Part shown: piece by piece, positions 29,971-39,657 of the stretch | Layout: each line of letters opens with the position of its first letter | How positions within the stretch are numbered: position 1 is the first letter of the stretch | Assembly: GCA_963555985.3 (NCBI GenBank) | Contig: OY820591.1 | Location: 1,120,001-1,184,000 of the forward strand | Direction of reading: 5' to 3' | From: Dehalococcoidia bacterium | GTDB lineage: Bacteria; Chloroflexota; Dehalococcoidia; Bin125 | Length of the DNA: 64,000 nt | Notes under the pieces: generated by a model | Database searches by the model: none | Told to the model about the DNA's origin: nothing | The model's input: only the letters and a program-made list of their open reading frames with translations | Translations under genes and position numbers: made by a program

Positions 29971-31839
29971 TTAGCCGCTGCGCAAGATGCGCGCGTCTCC
30001 GATGCGACGGGTGATTCGCTCTTGATCCATGCGTTCGAGGAAGGCTTGGGCGACTTTTCGGCTGGTACCGAGGCGATCGCGGACGTCGGCCAGGGTCGCG
30101 CGCTCCTGCGATTCGATCAGGGCGACGGTCTTGGTCAGCATGTCCTGGTAGACCTCGTGGGCGAGTGTGACGCCGTCTTTGAGGCGGACGATTTCGCGGC
30201 GGGCTTCGAGGTATTCGAGTAGCGCCGGATCGAGTGAGTGATCGACCTCAGGGCGCACGCCCTGCTCCCGCAAGCGCGCGAGCAGGGCTGCGACGATCTG
30301 CTGCTGCGCCTTGGATAACGCCGCCTCGCGTCCGGGGAGATCGAGCGCTCCGTCTGTCAGCGTGAGTTGATCCGACTCGATCAGCTGACGTTCGAGGAAG
30401 GTGAAAGCGCGTTGGGAGAGCCGCAGACGACTGCGGAGGTCTTCTCTGGGCAGGCCGGCGCGTAGCGGGCGTTCCCTTACATAATCGGAAACCAACGTCA
30501 GCGTGCGGGCGCTCAGTGCGTTTAATCCGGCTTCGCTGATCAATTCCGTCGCGGCTGCGAATGCGGAATCGTCGAGCGCGACGACGGCTCCGCTCGAGAG
30601 TTGGCGCTCGATTGCGGATTCAGCCTCTGCGGGCGCGAGTTCGCTGCGCGTCAGAAGTTCCGACCAGCGGACCGGTTCGAGGCGTTGGATCAGGGTGAGG
30701 AGGGTGTCGTCCGGCGATCCTTCGAGCAGCCGCCGGAGCGCCTCAAGCGTGGATGCGTCGTTGCGGTGATGGCGGCGGGGACGGGTGTCGACGACTCTGC
30801 CGCCGGCGACGGTCGCTTCGCCTGAGCGGAGGACGAAGTGGTCGCCGCGTGCGACGGCGATGGGTTCCTCCAGGCGCAGTTGCGCCCAGGTGCTCCGGCC
30901 CGGTTCGAGTTCGTCGCCTTCCAGCAGCCGGACTCGAGCCTGGACTTCGGCTGCGCCGACATGCAAGGTTCTGGTGGCGTTGTGTGGGAGCGCCTTTGCG
31001 GCTCTTGGGACGGTGCGGAGGCGAACGTCGATTGCGTGCGTGGGCGAGAGCCAGCCAGGGGATGAGAGCACCATTCCGCGTTCGAGTTCGTTCGCAGAGA
31101 CGCCGCTGAGGTTGACGGCGGTGCGGGCACCGGGCGGCGCTTCGTCAAGCGACTGTTCGTGGCTCTGCAAGCCGCGGACGCGGGCGGGTGCGGCGCCGGG
31201 TTCGATGACCACGGAATCGCCTACTCGCAGCGGGCCGTCGAGCAGCGTTCCGGTGACGATCGTGCCAAAGCCGCTGATCGAGAAGGCGCGGTCAATTGGC
31301 AGGCGGGGGCGTCCCTGATCGCGAATGGGCGGCAGGTGTTCGAGGACGGAGTCCAGGAGGGCGCGCAGTTCGGCCATGCCTGCGCCGGTATGCGCAGAGC
31401 AGGGCGCGATCGTCGCGCCTTCCAAAGTGGTGCCAGTGAGGAGCTCGGCGACCTCTTCCTGCACCAGTTCCAGCCACTCCTCATCTACGAGATCGACTTT
31501 GGTGAGCGCTACTACTCCGCGATCGACATCGAGCAGATCGAGGATGTCCAGATGCTCGCGGGTCTGAGGCATGACACCCTCGTCGGCGGCGACTACGAGC
31601 AGTGCGAGATTGATGCCACCCACACCCGCGAGCATGTTTTTGATGAAGCGTTCGTGGCCGGGAACATCAACGATGCTGACCTCTCTGCCGGAGGGGAGCT
31701 GCGCCCAGGCGAAGCCGAGGTCAATCGTCAGTCCGCGCGCCTTCTCTTCAGCCCAGCGGTCGGGATCGATGCCGCTGAGCGCCTGGACGAGGGCGCTTTT
31801 GCCGTGGTCGACGTGTCCCGCCGTGCCGATGACGTACAC
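29971..31839 (-). CDS. selB: Selenocysteine-specific elongation factor
   Basis: GTG start VYVIGTAGHVDHGKS, RGLTIDLGF, DVPGHERF, C-terminal winged helix 'SRKVA...ITRRIGDAR'. Confidence 0.95.
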   Translation of the reverse strand: MYVIGTAGHVDHGKSALVQALSGIDPDRWAEEKARGLTIDLGFAWAQLPSGREVSIVDVPGHERFIKNMLAGVGGINLALLVVAADEGVMPQTREHLDILDLLDVDRGVVALTKVDLVDEEWLELVQEEVAELLTGTTLEGATIAPCSAHTGAGMAELRALLDSVLEHLPPIRDQGRPRLPIDRAFSISGFGTIVTGTLLDGPLRVGDSVVIEPGAAPARVRGLQSHEQSLDEAPPGARTAVNLSGVSANELERGMVLSSPGWLSPTHAIDVRLRTVPRAAKALPHNATRTLHVGAAEVQARVRLLEGDELEPGRSTWAQLRLEEPIAVARGDHFVLRSGEATVAGGRVVDTRPRRHHRNDASTLEALRRLLEGSPDDTLLTLIQRLEPVRWSELLTRSELAPAEAESAIERQLSSGAVVALDDSAFAAATELISEAGLNALSARTLTLVSDYVRERPLRAGLPREDLRSRLRLSQRAFTFLERQLIESDQLTLTDGALDLPGREAALSKAQQQIVAALLARLREQGVRPEVDHSLDPALLEYLEARREIVRLKDGVTLAHEVYQDMLTKTVALIESQERATLADVRDRLGTSRKVAQAFLERMDQERITRRIGDARILRSG

Positions 31840-31888
31840 CGCTGTAGCCTGACCTCTCGAATCCCGAACCGAGCTGAGGATATTGGCG

Positions 31889-32881
31889 ATGAAGGCAATC
31901 GTGGTTGATCCGCCCGGCAAGACGGCAGACTCTCTGCGTCTGGCGGAGGTTCCTGATCCTGTGCCGGGGGACGAAGAGGTGTTGCTGCGCGTACATGCGA
32001 CGGCTCTGAATCGGGCCGACATGATGCAGCGGATGGGCGGCTATCCGCCGCAGCACGGGGCGTCGGAGATTCTCGGCCTTGAACTCGCCGGGGAGGTGAT
32101 TGAGGCCGGGTCGCGCGTGCGCTCGCTGTCGGTGGGTGATCGGGTGTATGGGCTGTCGGGCGGGGGCGGCTATGCGGAGTTGGCGACTTTGCACGAATCG
32201 CTGGCGATGCCGATCCCCGATGCGTTGTCGTGGCATGAGGCGGCGTCGATTCCCGAGGTGTTTTTCACGGCGAATACGGCAGTGCGGACGCTTGGGCAGA
32301 CTGAGCCGGGTGAGCGCATCTTGATCCATGCGGGCGGGAGCGGAGTTGGGATCGCGGCGATCCAGATCGCGCGGCTGATCGGGGCGGAAGTCTGGATCAC
32401 GGCGGGCAGCGCAGAGAAGTGCGCACGCGCTGCGGAGTTGGGAGCTGATGTCACGATCAACTACCGCGAAGCCGACTTCGCCGAGGTTGTGCGCGAACGG
32501 ACGGGGGCCGATGGCGTCAACGTGATTCTTGACGTGATCGGTCGGGATTATTGGGAGGCCAACCTGCGCTCGCTGGGGACGGCGGGGCGGCTGGTGTTGG
32601 TCGGTCTGATGGGGGGCGCGCAGGCGGAGACCAATCTTGGGCTGATTCTGTCGAAGCGGTTGCAGATTTTCGGGACGGTGATGCGTTCGCGTCCGCTGAT
32701 CGATCGGGCAGCGATCACGCGGGATTATCAGCTGCACCTGGAACCGGCGATCGTGAACGGGGAGATGAAGCCGGTGATCGACTCGGTGTTCCCGCTGAGT
32801 CAGGCGGCGGCTGCGCATCAGTACATGGCGGAGAACCGGAATTTCGGGAAGATTCTGCTTGACTGCATTGAGGTCGATTAG
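31889..32881 (+). CDS. NAD(P)H:quinone oxidoreductase, PIG3/MDR family
   Basis: ALNRADMMQRMGGYPP, ILGLE, HAGGSGVG, NFGKILL. Confidence 0.92.
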   Translation: MKAIVVDPPGKTADSLRLAEVPDPVPGDEEVLLRVHATALNRADMMQRMGGYPPQHGASEILGLELAGEVIEAGSRVRSLSVGDRVYGLSGGGGYAELATLHESLAMPIPDALSWHEAASIPEVFFTANTAVRTLGQTEPGERILIHAGGSGVGIAAIQIARLIGAEVWITAGSAEKCARAAELGADVTINYREADFAEVVRERTGADGVNVILDVIGRDYWEANLRSLGTAGRLVLVGLMGGAQAETNLGLILSKRLQIFGTVMRSRPLIDRAAITRDYQLHLEPAIVNGEMKPVIDSVFPLSQAAAAHQYMAENRNFGKILLDCIEVD

Positions 32882-32900
32882 GGCTAGAGATCGGGTGAGA

Positions 32901-33010
32901 GGTAGTCCGGAGTAGTCCAGATATGTCCAGATCCGTCTGGATTTCGGGGGTGTTTGGAGCGGAATTATTGGTGTTGATCCGAGTTTGTCCTGAGGCGTCT
33001 GGACTGGTGC
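32901..33010 (-). repeat. 10-bp-period degenerate repeat array
   Basis: GGTAGTCCGG AGTAGTCCAG ATATGTCCAG ATCCGTCTGG; shares TGTCCAGATCCGTCTGGATT with the 63011-63070 array. Confidence 0.75.
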
Positions 33011-33047
33011 CAGTGGTCATGGCTGGCGGCCTTCCGTTTGTGAATAC

Positions 33048-33061
33048 AGAACTGGAGTGCT
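33048..33061. promoter_or_regulatory. LexA/SOS-box-like site AGAAC-TGGA-GTGCT
   Basis: One mismatch to AGAAC-N4-GTTCT; about 28 nt upstream of a minus-strand ATG (33020) with a GGAAGG RBS. Confidence 0.45.
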
Positions 33062-33123
33062 TGAGCTTAGCAGCCTAAAGGTTGGATGGAGGAGCGTGTG
33101 TGTTTCTGGGGCTGCATTGGGGA

Positions 33124-33188
33124 CCACCCTCTGTCCTCTGTTCGGGCCAGAGCGGGCACTTCGAGGCATCTCACCCCGGAAGAGGAGA
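33124..33188. repeat. Degenerate REP-like element
   Basis: CCACCCTCTGTCC...GGCATCTC...GGAGA, similar to 21273. Confidence 0.4.
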
Positions 33189-33296
33189 CGAGGATGGGTT
33201 GCGGGACGGTTCCTCCCGGTAGGGGGCTTGTCCTGTTGGGAGGTTCGGGATTCTTTAGTCTCAGGGGCGACCTGCGGCAGCTGATGGAGGTGGATT

Positions 33297-34340
33297 ATGG
33301 GAGCGCGACGGCGAGTGGGGGTGTTGGGGACCGGTTGGGGGACTCGGGTCTCGGTAGATGCGTTTCGGGCGGCTGGGTGGGAGGTGGCGGGGCTGTGGAG
33401 CCGTCGTCCCGAGCGGGCGGCGGCGGAAGCGGCACGGTTGGAGATTCCGTTCGCCACGCATGAGGCGGCGGCGCTGATCGAGCGAGCGGAGATTGATGCG
33501 GTCGCGATCCACACGCCGCCCCACTTGCATCTGGAGTTCTGCCGCGCCGCTTTTGCCGCGAGCAAGCATGTGCTCTGCGACAAGCCGTTTGCGACTAATG
33601 TGGCGGATGCGCGGGCGCTGTTGGCGGCATCAGAGGCATCCGATCGAACGGCGATGGTGAACTTCGAGTTCCGCTTTGCGCCGCTGCGTTTGGAGGTTGG
33701 GAGGTTGCTGGCTGAGGGTGCGATTGGGGAGGTGCGGCACGTGAGCGTGGACTTGCAGACCACGAACCCACTGCTGGAGTTGGGGCGTCCGTGGCGGTTG
33801 GATCCGGCGCTTGGCGGCGGGCTGCTGAATGAGCTGGGGTCTCATGCGATTGATCGCTTGCGGCAATGGTTCGGGGAGTTGGCGACGGTTTCGGCGCAGC
33901 TGGGGTCGTTTCCTCCTGCGGAGTTGGAGCCGGGCCTCAGCAGCGAGGATCACATCAGCGCGAGTTTTAGCTTGGCTTCGGGCGGGATTGCGACGTTGGC
34001 GATGTCTTGGGTCTCGGATCCACCGCTGGGGCTGCGGATTGTGATCACCGGTTCGGAGGGGGTGATTCGGGCGACGTCGCCGGGCAGCATGTTGAGCGAG
34101 GGCGAAGTGACCCTGGGCCAGGCTGGCGAGGAGGGCTTCAGGCAGGTTGATATTCCAGTCGATCAGACGGTGACTGCGGTGGGCGCGTCGGCGGCGCTGA
34201 TTGAGGCGTTTGCGGAGGGGATTGAGGCTGGCGTCTCGCCGTCGCCGAATTTTGTGGACGGGTTGCGCTCGCAGATCGCACTTGAGGGGGTACGGGAGTC
34301 GGCGGCGACTGGGCGGATCGTGGAGTTGGCTCGGGTGTAG
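33297..34340 (+). CDS. Gfo/Idh/MocA family oxidoreductase
   Basis: GVLGTGWG Rossmann motif, HVLCDKP, GGGLLNELGSHAID. Confidence 0.92.
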   Translation: MGARRRVGVLGTGWGTRVSVDAFRAAGWEVAGLWSRRPERAAAEAARLEIPFATHEAAALIERAEIDAVAIHTPPHLHLEFCRAAFAASKHVLCDKPFATNVADARALLAASEASDRTAMVNFEFRFAPLRLEVGRLLAEGAIGEVRHVSVDLQTTNPLLELGRPWRLDPALGGGLLNELGSHAIDRLRQWFGELATVSAQLGSFPPAELEPGLSSEDHISASFSLASGGIATLAMSWVSDPPLGLRIVITGSEGVIRATSPGSMLSEGEVTLGQAGEEGFRQVDIPVDQTVTAVGASAALIEAFAEGIEAGVSPSPNFVDGLRSQIALEGVRESAATGRIVELARV

Positions 34341-34375
34341 GACGTGGGGCGGCAGTCGGCGGGATTCCCGCTTAC

Positions 34376-34540
34376 GGGGAGTTTTGCGAAAGCCTATCCC
34401 GGTGCGTTGAGGCCTTGGAAGAAGGGATTGCGCGATGGGAGGTCGGTAGTACGACCAGATTAGGAGTCGCTTCATGCTTGGTTGCTTCGAGATTCCCGCC
34501 TGCGCGGGAATGACGGATATGGGGATTTTGCAACGGTCTC
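34376..34540. mobile_element. MITE/IS-end remnant containing an ATTCCC-N8-GGGAAT palindrome
   Basis: ATTCCC-GCCTGCGC-GGGAAT at 34492-34511; GGGGATTTTGCAACGGTCTC (34521-34540) resembles an IS5/IS1182-type terminal repeat, with a degenerate copy at 34376-34395; no transposase. Confidence 0.5.
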
Positions 34541-34571
34541 CTCACGAGGGAGTAACGGAAGTGAGCTCGCG

Positions 34572-35759
34572 CTAGAGCAGGGCGGGATCGAAGAGGCGGA
34601 CGAAGATTTCGTTTGCGACGGCGCGTCCGCGAGCGGTGAGCGTCAGCCGGTTTTGGGAGCGGCTTGCGAGGCTCGATTTGACGGCCCAATCGAGCGTTGC
34701 CGCTACGACGCCGTACTCGTTCGGGTAGTCCCACTTGAGGGCTGACTCGTCCACGCCTTCGGTGAGGCGCAGACCGGATGTGAGTGTGTCGACGACCGAG
34801 TCGAAGGGTGTGACGGATTCGGCCTGATCGATTGCCGGGGAGGGCAGGCCGTGGGCGGGGACGCCTTGGGCGAGGCGCTCGATGTAGGCGCGGGGGGAGC
34901 GGATCACGCTGTAGCGCACGCCGTCGATGAATCCATGAGCGCCTGGGCCGATTGCGAGGTACTCCTGATTGCGCCAGTAGATCAGATTGTGACGGCAGGC
35001 CAAGCCGTTGCGGGCGTAGTTGCTGATCTCGTAGTGCTCATAGCCTGCTCGTGTGAGCCGCGCCGCGGTCCAGTCGGCGAGTTCGGCTACGTGATCCGGA
35101 TCGGCTTCTACGATCGTTCCGGCGACGACACGGGCGGCGAGCGGGGTGCCTTCTTCGACCGTCAGGGCGTAGCAGGAGAGGTGGTCGGGGCCGCGCTCGT
35201 CCGGGCCCCAGGCCAAGACACCCTCAAGGGTTTTGCGCCAGGTTTGGAAGGATTGATTTGGTAAGCCGTAGATGAGGTCGAGATTGATGTTCTCGAACCC
35301 GCTCGCGCGGACTTGCTCGAAGGCTGCTTGGGCGCGCTCTGCGCTGTGGAGCCGATCGAGGAATGCGAGTTCGCCGCTGTTGAGAGATTGCACGCCCATG
35401 GAGATGCGATTGACTCCGGCGGTTCGGTAGGCAGCGAGACGGCTTGGCTCCACGCTCTCCGGGTTTGCCTCGAGGGTGATTTCCGCGTCGGGAGCAAGAC
35501 AGAACAGGTCTCGGACGGTATTGAGAACTCTTTGGACGGCTACGCCTTCCAGCAGACTGGGGGTGCCGCCACCGAAGAAGACGGTGCTGAATTCTCGGTC
35601 GGCCAGACGGTCAGCCCAGAGCGACAACTCGCGGCGCGCGGCTCGCTCCCAGGCGTCGCGGAGGTTTTCGATCCCCGCGAAAGAGTTGAAGTCGCAATAG
35701 GCGCACTTGACGGTGCAGAAGGGGACGTGAATGTAGAGGCCGACGGTGTGATCGGGCAT
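34572..35759 (-). CDS. hemW: Radical SAM heme chaperone HemW (HemN-like)
   Basis: LYIHVPFCTVKCAYCDF, FGGGTPS, EANP, YEISNYA, HNLIYW. Confidence 0.93.
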   Translation of the reverse strand: MPDHTVGLYIHVPFCTVKCAYCDFNSFAGIENLRDAWERAARRELSLWADRLADREFSTVFFGGGTPSLLEGVAVQRVLNTVRDLFCLAPDAEITLEANPESVEPSRLAAYRTAGVNRISMGVQSLNSGELAFLDRLHSAERAQAAFEQVRASGFENINLDLIYGLPNQSFQTWRKTLEGVLAWGPDERGPDHLSCYALTVEEGTPLAARVVAGTIVEADPDHVAELADWTAARLTRAGYEHYEISNYARNGLACRHNLIYWRNQEYLAIGPGAHGFIDGVRYSVIRSPRAYIERLAQGVPAHGLPSPAIDQAESVTPFDSVVDTLTSGLRLTEGVDESALKWDYPNEYGVVAATLDWAVKSSLASRSQNRLTLTARGRAVANEIFVRLFDPALL

Positions 35760-35855
35760 GTGTTGAGTGTATGAGTGTCGCCAAGCTGATACCCGCGCGG
35801 GCCTGGCGGTGGGACACTCGCACTATCACTGATCGTCAGGATGGGTGGGATTGCG

Positions 35856-37652
35856 GTGCTCAAATCTCATGCGTGCGGAACGCTGCGCAGCGAACACGTA
35901 GGCGAGCAGGTCATGTTGGCGGGATGGGTTCACCGTCGGCGTGATCACGGAGGACTGATTTTTCTCGATCTGCGCGACCGCGACGGGATCGTGCAGGTGG
36001 TGGTGCGTCCGGACGACTATCCGGATGCTCACGCTGCGGCGAACCAGGTTCGGAACGAGTACGTCCTGCTTGTGAGCGGGCGCGTGGTGGCTCGGAACGA
36101 GCAGGCGGTGAATCCGAATCTCGCTACAGGCGAGATCGAAGTGGTCGCTGAAGGTGTGGAAGTGCTCAACGCGGCCAAGACGCCTCCGTTCTCAGTGAAC
36201 GAAGAGTCGTCGGTGGACGAGCTGGTGCGTCTGCAATACCGGTACATCGATCTTCGCCGGCCGGAGATGGTGACCACGCTCGAGCTGCGCGACCGGCTCA
36301 ACCAGTACCTGCGCTCGTATATGTCTGCGCGCGGCTTTTTGGAAGTAGAGACGCCGATCATGGTCGCGGCGACGCCGGAAGGGGCGCGGGATTACGTGGT
36401 GCCGAGTCGGTTGCAGCCGGGTGCGTTCTATGCGCTGCCGCAGGCGCCGCAGCAGTTCAAGCAGTTGCTGATGGTCGCGGGAGTGGAGCGGTATTTCCAA
36501 ATCGCACGCTGTTTTCGTGATGAAGATCTGCGGGCGGATCGTCAGCCGGAGTTTGCGCAGCTGGATTTGGAGTGGTCGTTCTGCGAGGAAGAGGATATTC
36601 TCGAGCTGTTGGAAGGATTGTTCGCGGGTCTGACCGAAGCGTTGCGGCCCGACCTGACGGTTCCGCGCCCGTTTCCGCGTCTGAGTTGGCATGAGGCGAT
36701 GGAGCGGTACGGCTCGGATAAGCCCGACCTGCGGTACGGGCTGGAATTGTCGGATTGTTCGGAGATTGCGGCGCGGTCGTCGTTTGGGGTGTTCAGCGGT
36801 GCGATCGCGTCCGGCGGGCGGGTGCGGGGGATTGTGATGCCTGTCGGGGCGGCGTTGTCACGGCGTGAAGTGGATGGCTTTACGCAGCTTGCGCGGACGC
36901 TCGGCGCACCGGGTCTGGTGTCGTTCCAATTCAGCGCCGATCCTGAGGTTGCCGAGGAGGATGACATTCGCTCGCCGGTGCTGCGGCATGTAGGGATTGA
37001 GGATGCGCGGGCGATTGGGGTGCGCTGCGGCGCGAAAGCGGGCGATCTGGTGCTGTTGGCGGCGGGTGAGAACGGGATGGTCTCGACGGTGCTGGACGGG
37101 CTGCGGCGCGAGTTGGCGCGGCGGCTTGAGCTGGCTGATCCGAACGTACTCCAGTTTGCGTTCGTGACTGATTTTCCCTTGGCGGAATGGGATGAGGACG
37201 GCGAGCGCTGGGATGCCTTGCATCACCCGTTCACCGCGCCTCAGGCGGAGGATCTGCGGCTGTTGGACAGCGATCCTGCGGCTGTGCGCGCTCGCGCGTA
37301 TGACACGATCGCGAACGGGTTTGAGCTCGGCTCAGGTTCGATCCGGATTCACGAGCGCGAGTTGCAGGAGCGGGTGTTCGCGTTGCTGGGAATTGGAGCG
37401 GAAGAGGCGCAGGCGCGGTTTGGTCACATGCTCGATGCGTTCGAGTATGGAGCGCCGCCGCACGGCGGGTTTGCGTTCGGGATCGATCGGGTGGCGATGT
37501 TGCTGGCGGGACGGGACAACATCCGTGAGGTGATCGCATTTCCGAAGACGCAATCCGCGTCCGATCCGCTGACCGGCGCGCCGATGCCAATTCCGCCTGA
37601 GCAGCTTGTGGAACTGCATCTCAAACTCGATGTTCCGACGGAGGCGTCGTAG
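35856..37652 (+). CDS. aspS: Aspartate--tRNA ligase
   Basis: GWVHRRRDHGGLIFLDLRD, TPEGARDY, FRDEDLRADRQPEF, HHPFT, YGAPPHGG; start GTG 35856 (ATG 35841 possible). Confidence 0.97.
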   Translation: MLKSHACGTLRSEHVGEQVMLAGWVHRRRDHGGLIFLDLRDRDGIVQVVVRPDDYPDAHAAANQVRNEYVLLVSGRVVARNEQAVNPNLATGEIEVVAEGVEVLNAAKTPPFSVNEESSVDELVRLQYRYIDLRRPEMVTTLELRDRLNQYLRSYMSARGFLEVETPIMVAATPEGARDYVVPSRLQPGAFYALPQAPQQFKQLLMVAGVERYFQIARCFRDEDLRADRQPEFAQLDLEWSFCEEEDILELLEGLFAGLTEALRPDLTVPRPFPRLSWHEAMERYGSDKPDLRYGLELSDCSEIAARSSFGVFSGAIASGGRVRGIVMPVGAALSRREVDGFTQLARTLGAPGLVSFQFSADPEVAEEDDIRSPVLRHVGIEDARAIGVRCGAKAGDLVLLAAGENGMVSTVLDGLRRELARRLELADPNVLQFAFVTDFPLAEWDEDGERWDALHHPFTAPQAEDLRLLDSDPAAVRARAYDTIANGFELGSGSIRIHERELQERVFALLGIGAEEAQARFGHMLDAFEYGAPPHGGFAFGIDRVAMLLAGRDNIREVIAFPKTQSASDPLTGAPMPIPPEQLVELHLKLDVPTEAS

Positions 37653-37755
37653 CGGATCGAGTGCGCCGCCGGAGACGGGTTTGCGTGATACTGTTGCCTA
37701 CGATGCACATGTGCGGATGCGGGTGGGAACGCACAAATGCAGGGGAGGTTGACGA

Positions 37756-39591
37756 GTGATTGTTCGGTTGTGTCAGACCATGATCCACTTCCTGCGAACG
37801 AATTCTCTGCCCAGACCGATGCGCTTGCCGGCGGCCGCCCTGGTGGCGGCTGTGTTGGTTGGCGGTGTCTTAGTCGCGTGCGGCGGAGACGACGGCGCGC
37901 AGCAGCAGGACGCTCAGACTGCCCGGACAGAGCGTCAAGAGAGCCAGGAACAAGAGGCTGAACAGCCGTCGCAGCAGCAGGAGGCCGCCGAGGAGCGCCA
38001 GGAGCGCGAGTCGACCGTTCAGCAGCAGCAACAAGAGGCGACGGGTGATCAGACCGCGCAAGCGGAAGCGGTGGCGGTCAGGCCGCGTGAGGCGGGGGAA
38101 TTCCGGATCGCGCGAGGCGAGCCGATCAACCTTGATCCCGCGCAGATCACGGATGTCGATTCGGCTGTAATCGCGGTCGAGGTCTTCGGCGGTCTGCTGG
38201 TGCTCAACCGCGACCTCGCGATCGCGCCGGATATCGCGGAATCCGTGCCCGCGGGGGTCGAGAATCCGGACGGGACTGTCACCTACACCTTCACGATTCG
38301 GCGCAATGCGACGTTCCACGACGGCAAGCGGATTACGGCGCAGGATTTCAAGTGGAGTCTCGAGCGCCATGCCCACCCGGAGACGTTGTCGCCGACGGCG
38401 CCGGACTTCCTCGGCGATATTCTCGGCGCGTCCGAGTACGTGCGCGGACGTGCAGATGAGATCGTCGGGATTGAGGTGATTGACGACCTGACGCTGAGCA
38501 TCACGATCGTGCGGCAGACGCCGGTGTTTCTGTACAAGCTGACTTACCCGACCGCGTTTGTGGTGGATCGCGAACAGGTCGAAGAAGACCCGGAGCGGTG
38601 GGCGCTTGCTCCGAACGGTTCCGGTCCGTTCCGGCTGACCGAGTGGACCCTGGGCGAAGGTCTGGTACTGGAGCGGTTCGACGACTATCACCTGGAGCCG
38701 GCGAAGGTGGAGAAGGTGACGATTCGGTTCGCCGGCGGCTCGCTGGAGCAGTTTGAGAATGACGAGGTGGATCAGGCCTTCGTGGGCGTGAACGACATTG
38801 AGCGGGTGCGCGATCCGGCGTCGGACTTGAACGAGTACTACGTCACGCGGACCGAGCTCTCGATCTTCTATCTCGCCTTCAATGTGAGTCAGCCGCCGTT
38901 CGATGATCCGTTGGTGCGACAAGCGCTCGCGCACGCGATTGACAAGACCACGATCCAGGAGGAAGTCCTGACCGGATTGTTGAGGACGGCGCATCAGATC
39001 ATCCCGCCCGGGCTGGCTGCGCATGACAACGAGTACCGAGGGATCGTTTTCGACCCCGAGCTGGCTGCCGAGATGCTCGCCGAGTCACGTTACGCAGGCA
39101 CGCCGTTGCTGGAGGAGATTCGACTGACGATCCCGGGCGCGGGCGCGACCCCCGGCCCGACGATTGAGGCGATCCAGGACATGTGGCGGGTGCACCTGGG
39201 GCTGGAAGTGGAGATCCAGCAGGTGGAGTTCGCCAGCTTCATCTCCGAGCTGGATCGGGGCCTCTACGGCTTCTTCAGTCTGGGTTGGAGCCTCGACTAT
39301 CCGGATCCGCACAACGTGATCGACTACAAGTTCCACAGCGCCTCGCTGGGCAACGATGTGCAATTGGACGATCCGGAGATCGATGCGCTGCTCGAGGAAG
39401 CGCGCTACTCGCTTGATCAGGAACGCCGGACGGCGATCTACACGGACGTGGACAAGCGTCTAGTCGAGTCGGCGATCTGGATTCCGCTGTACTACTCGGT
39501 GGCGAATGAGGTGGTGAAGCCGTACGTGCGCGGCTACGAGCCAAGCCGGATGGTGATTCCGGTGCTGCGCTACGTCAGCATTGACGAGTAG
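37756..39591 (+). CDS. Peptide/nickel ABC transporter substrate-binding lipoprotein (family 5)
   Basis: Lipobox LVAC, Q/E-rich linker, NLDPA, FHDGKRITAQDF, GSGPF, PFDDPLVRQAL; start may be 37756, 37780 or 37819. Confidence 0.92.
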   Translation: MIVRLCQTMIHFLRTNSLPRPMRLPAAALVAAVLVGGVLVACGGDDGAQQQDAQTARTERQESQEQEAEQPSQQQEAAEERQERESTVQQQQQEATGDQTAQAEAVAVRPREAGEFRIARGEPINLDPAQITDVDSAVIAVEVFGGLLVLNRDLAIAPDIAESVPAGVENPDGTVTYTFTIRRNATFHDGKRITAQDFKWSLERHAHPETLSPTAPDFLGDILGASEYVRGRADEIVGIEVIDDLTLSITIVRQTPVFLYKLTYPTAFVVDREQVEEDPERWALAPNGSGPFRLTEWTLGEGLVLERFDDYHLEPAKVEKVTIRFAGGSLEQFENDEVDQAFVGVNDIERVRDPASDLNEYYVTRTELSIFYLAFNVSQPPFDDPLVRQALAHAIDKTTIQEEVLTGLLRTAHQIIPPGLAAHDNEYRGIVFDPELAAEMLAESRYAGTPLLEEIRLTIPGAGATPGPTIEAIQDMWRVHLGLEVEIQQVEFASFISELDRGLYGFFSLGWSLDYPDPHNVIDYKFHSASLGNDVQLDDPEIDALLEEARYSLDQERRTAIYTDVDKRLVESAIWIPLYYSVANEVVKPYVRGYEPSRMVIPVLRYVSIDE

Positions 39592-39657
39592 CGGTTAGCC
39601 TGCCGCGAAACGGAGGGCGGGCGCTCGCCGCTGGCAGCGAGCGATCGGAGGCGCAAT

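Noticed and set aside
29971-31839. selB suggesting nearby selenoprotein genes, selA/selD or tRNA-Sec
   Set aside because: No sel partner genes, tRNA-like cloverleaf or convincing in-frame TGA read-through candidate was seen; the Fe-S and CCG proteins here use ordinary Cys codons.
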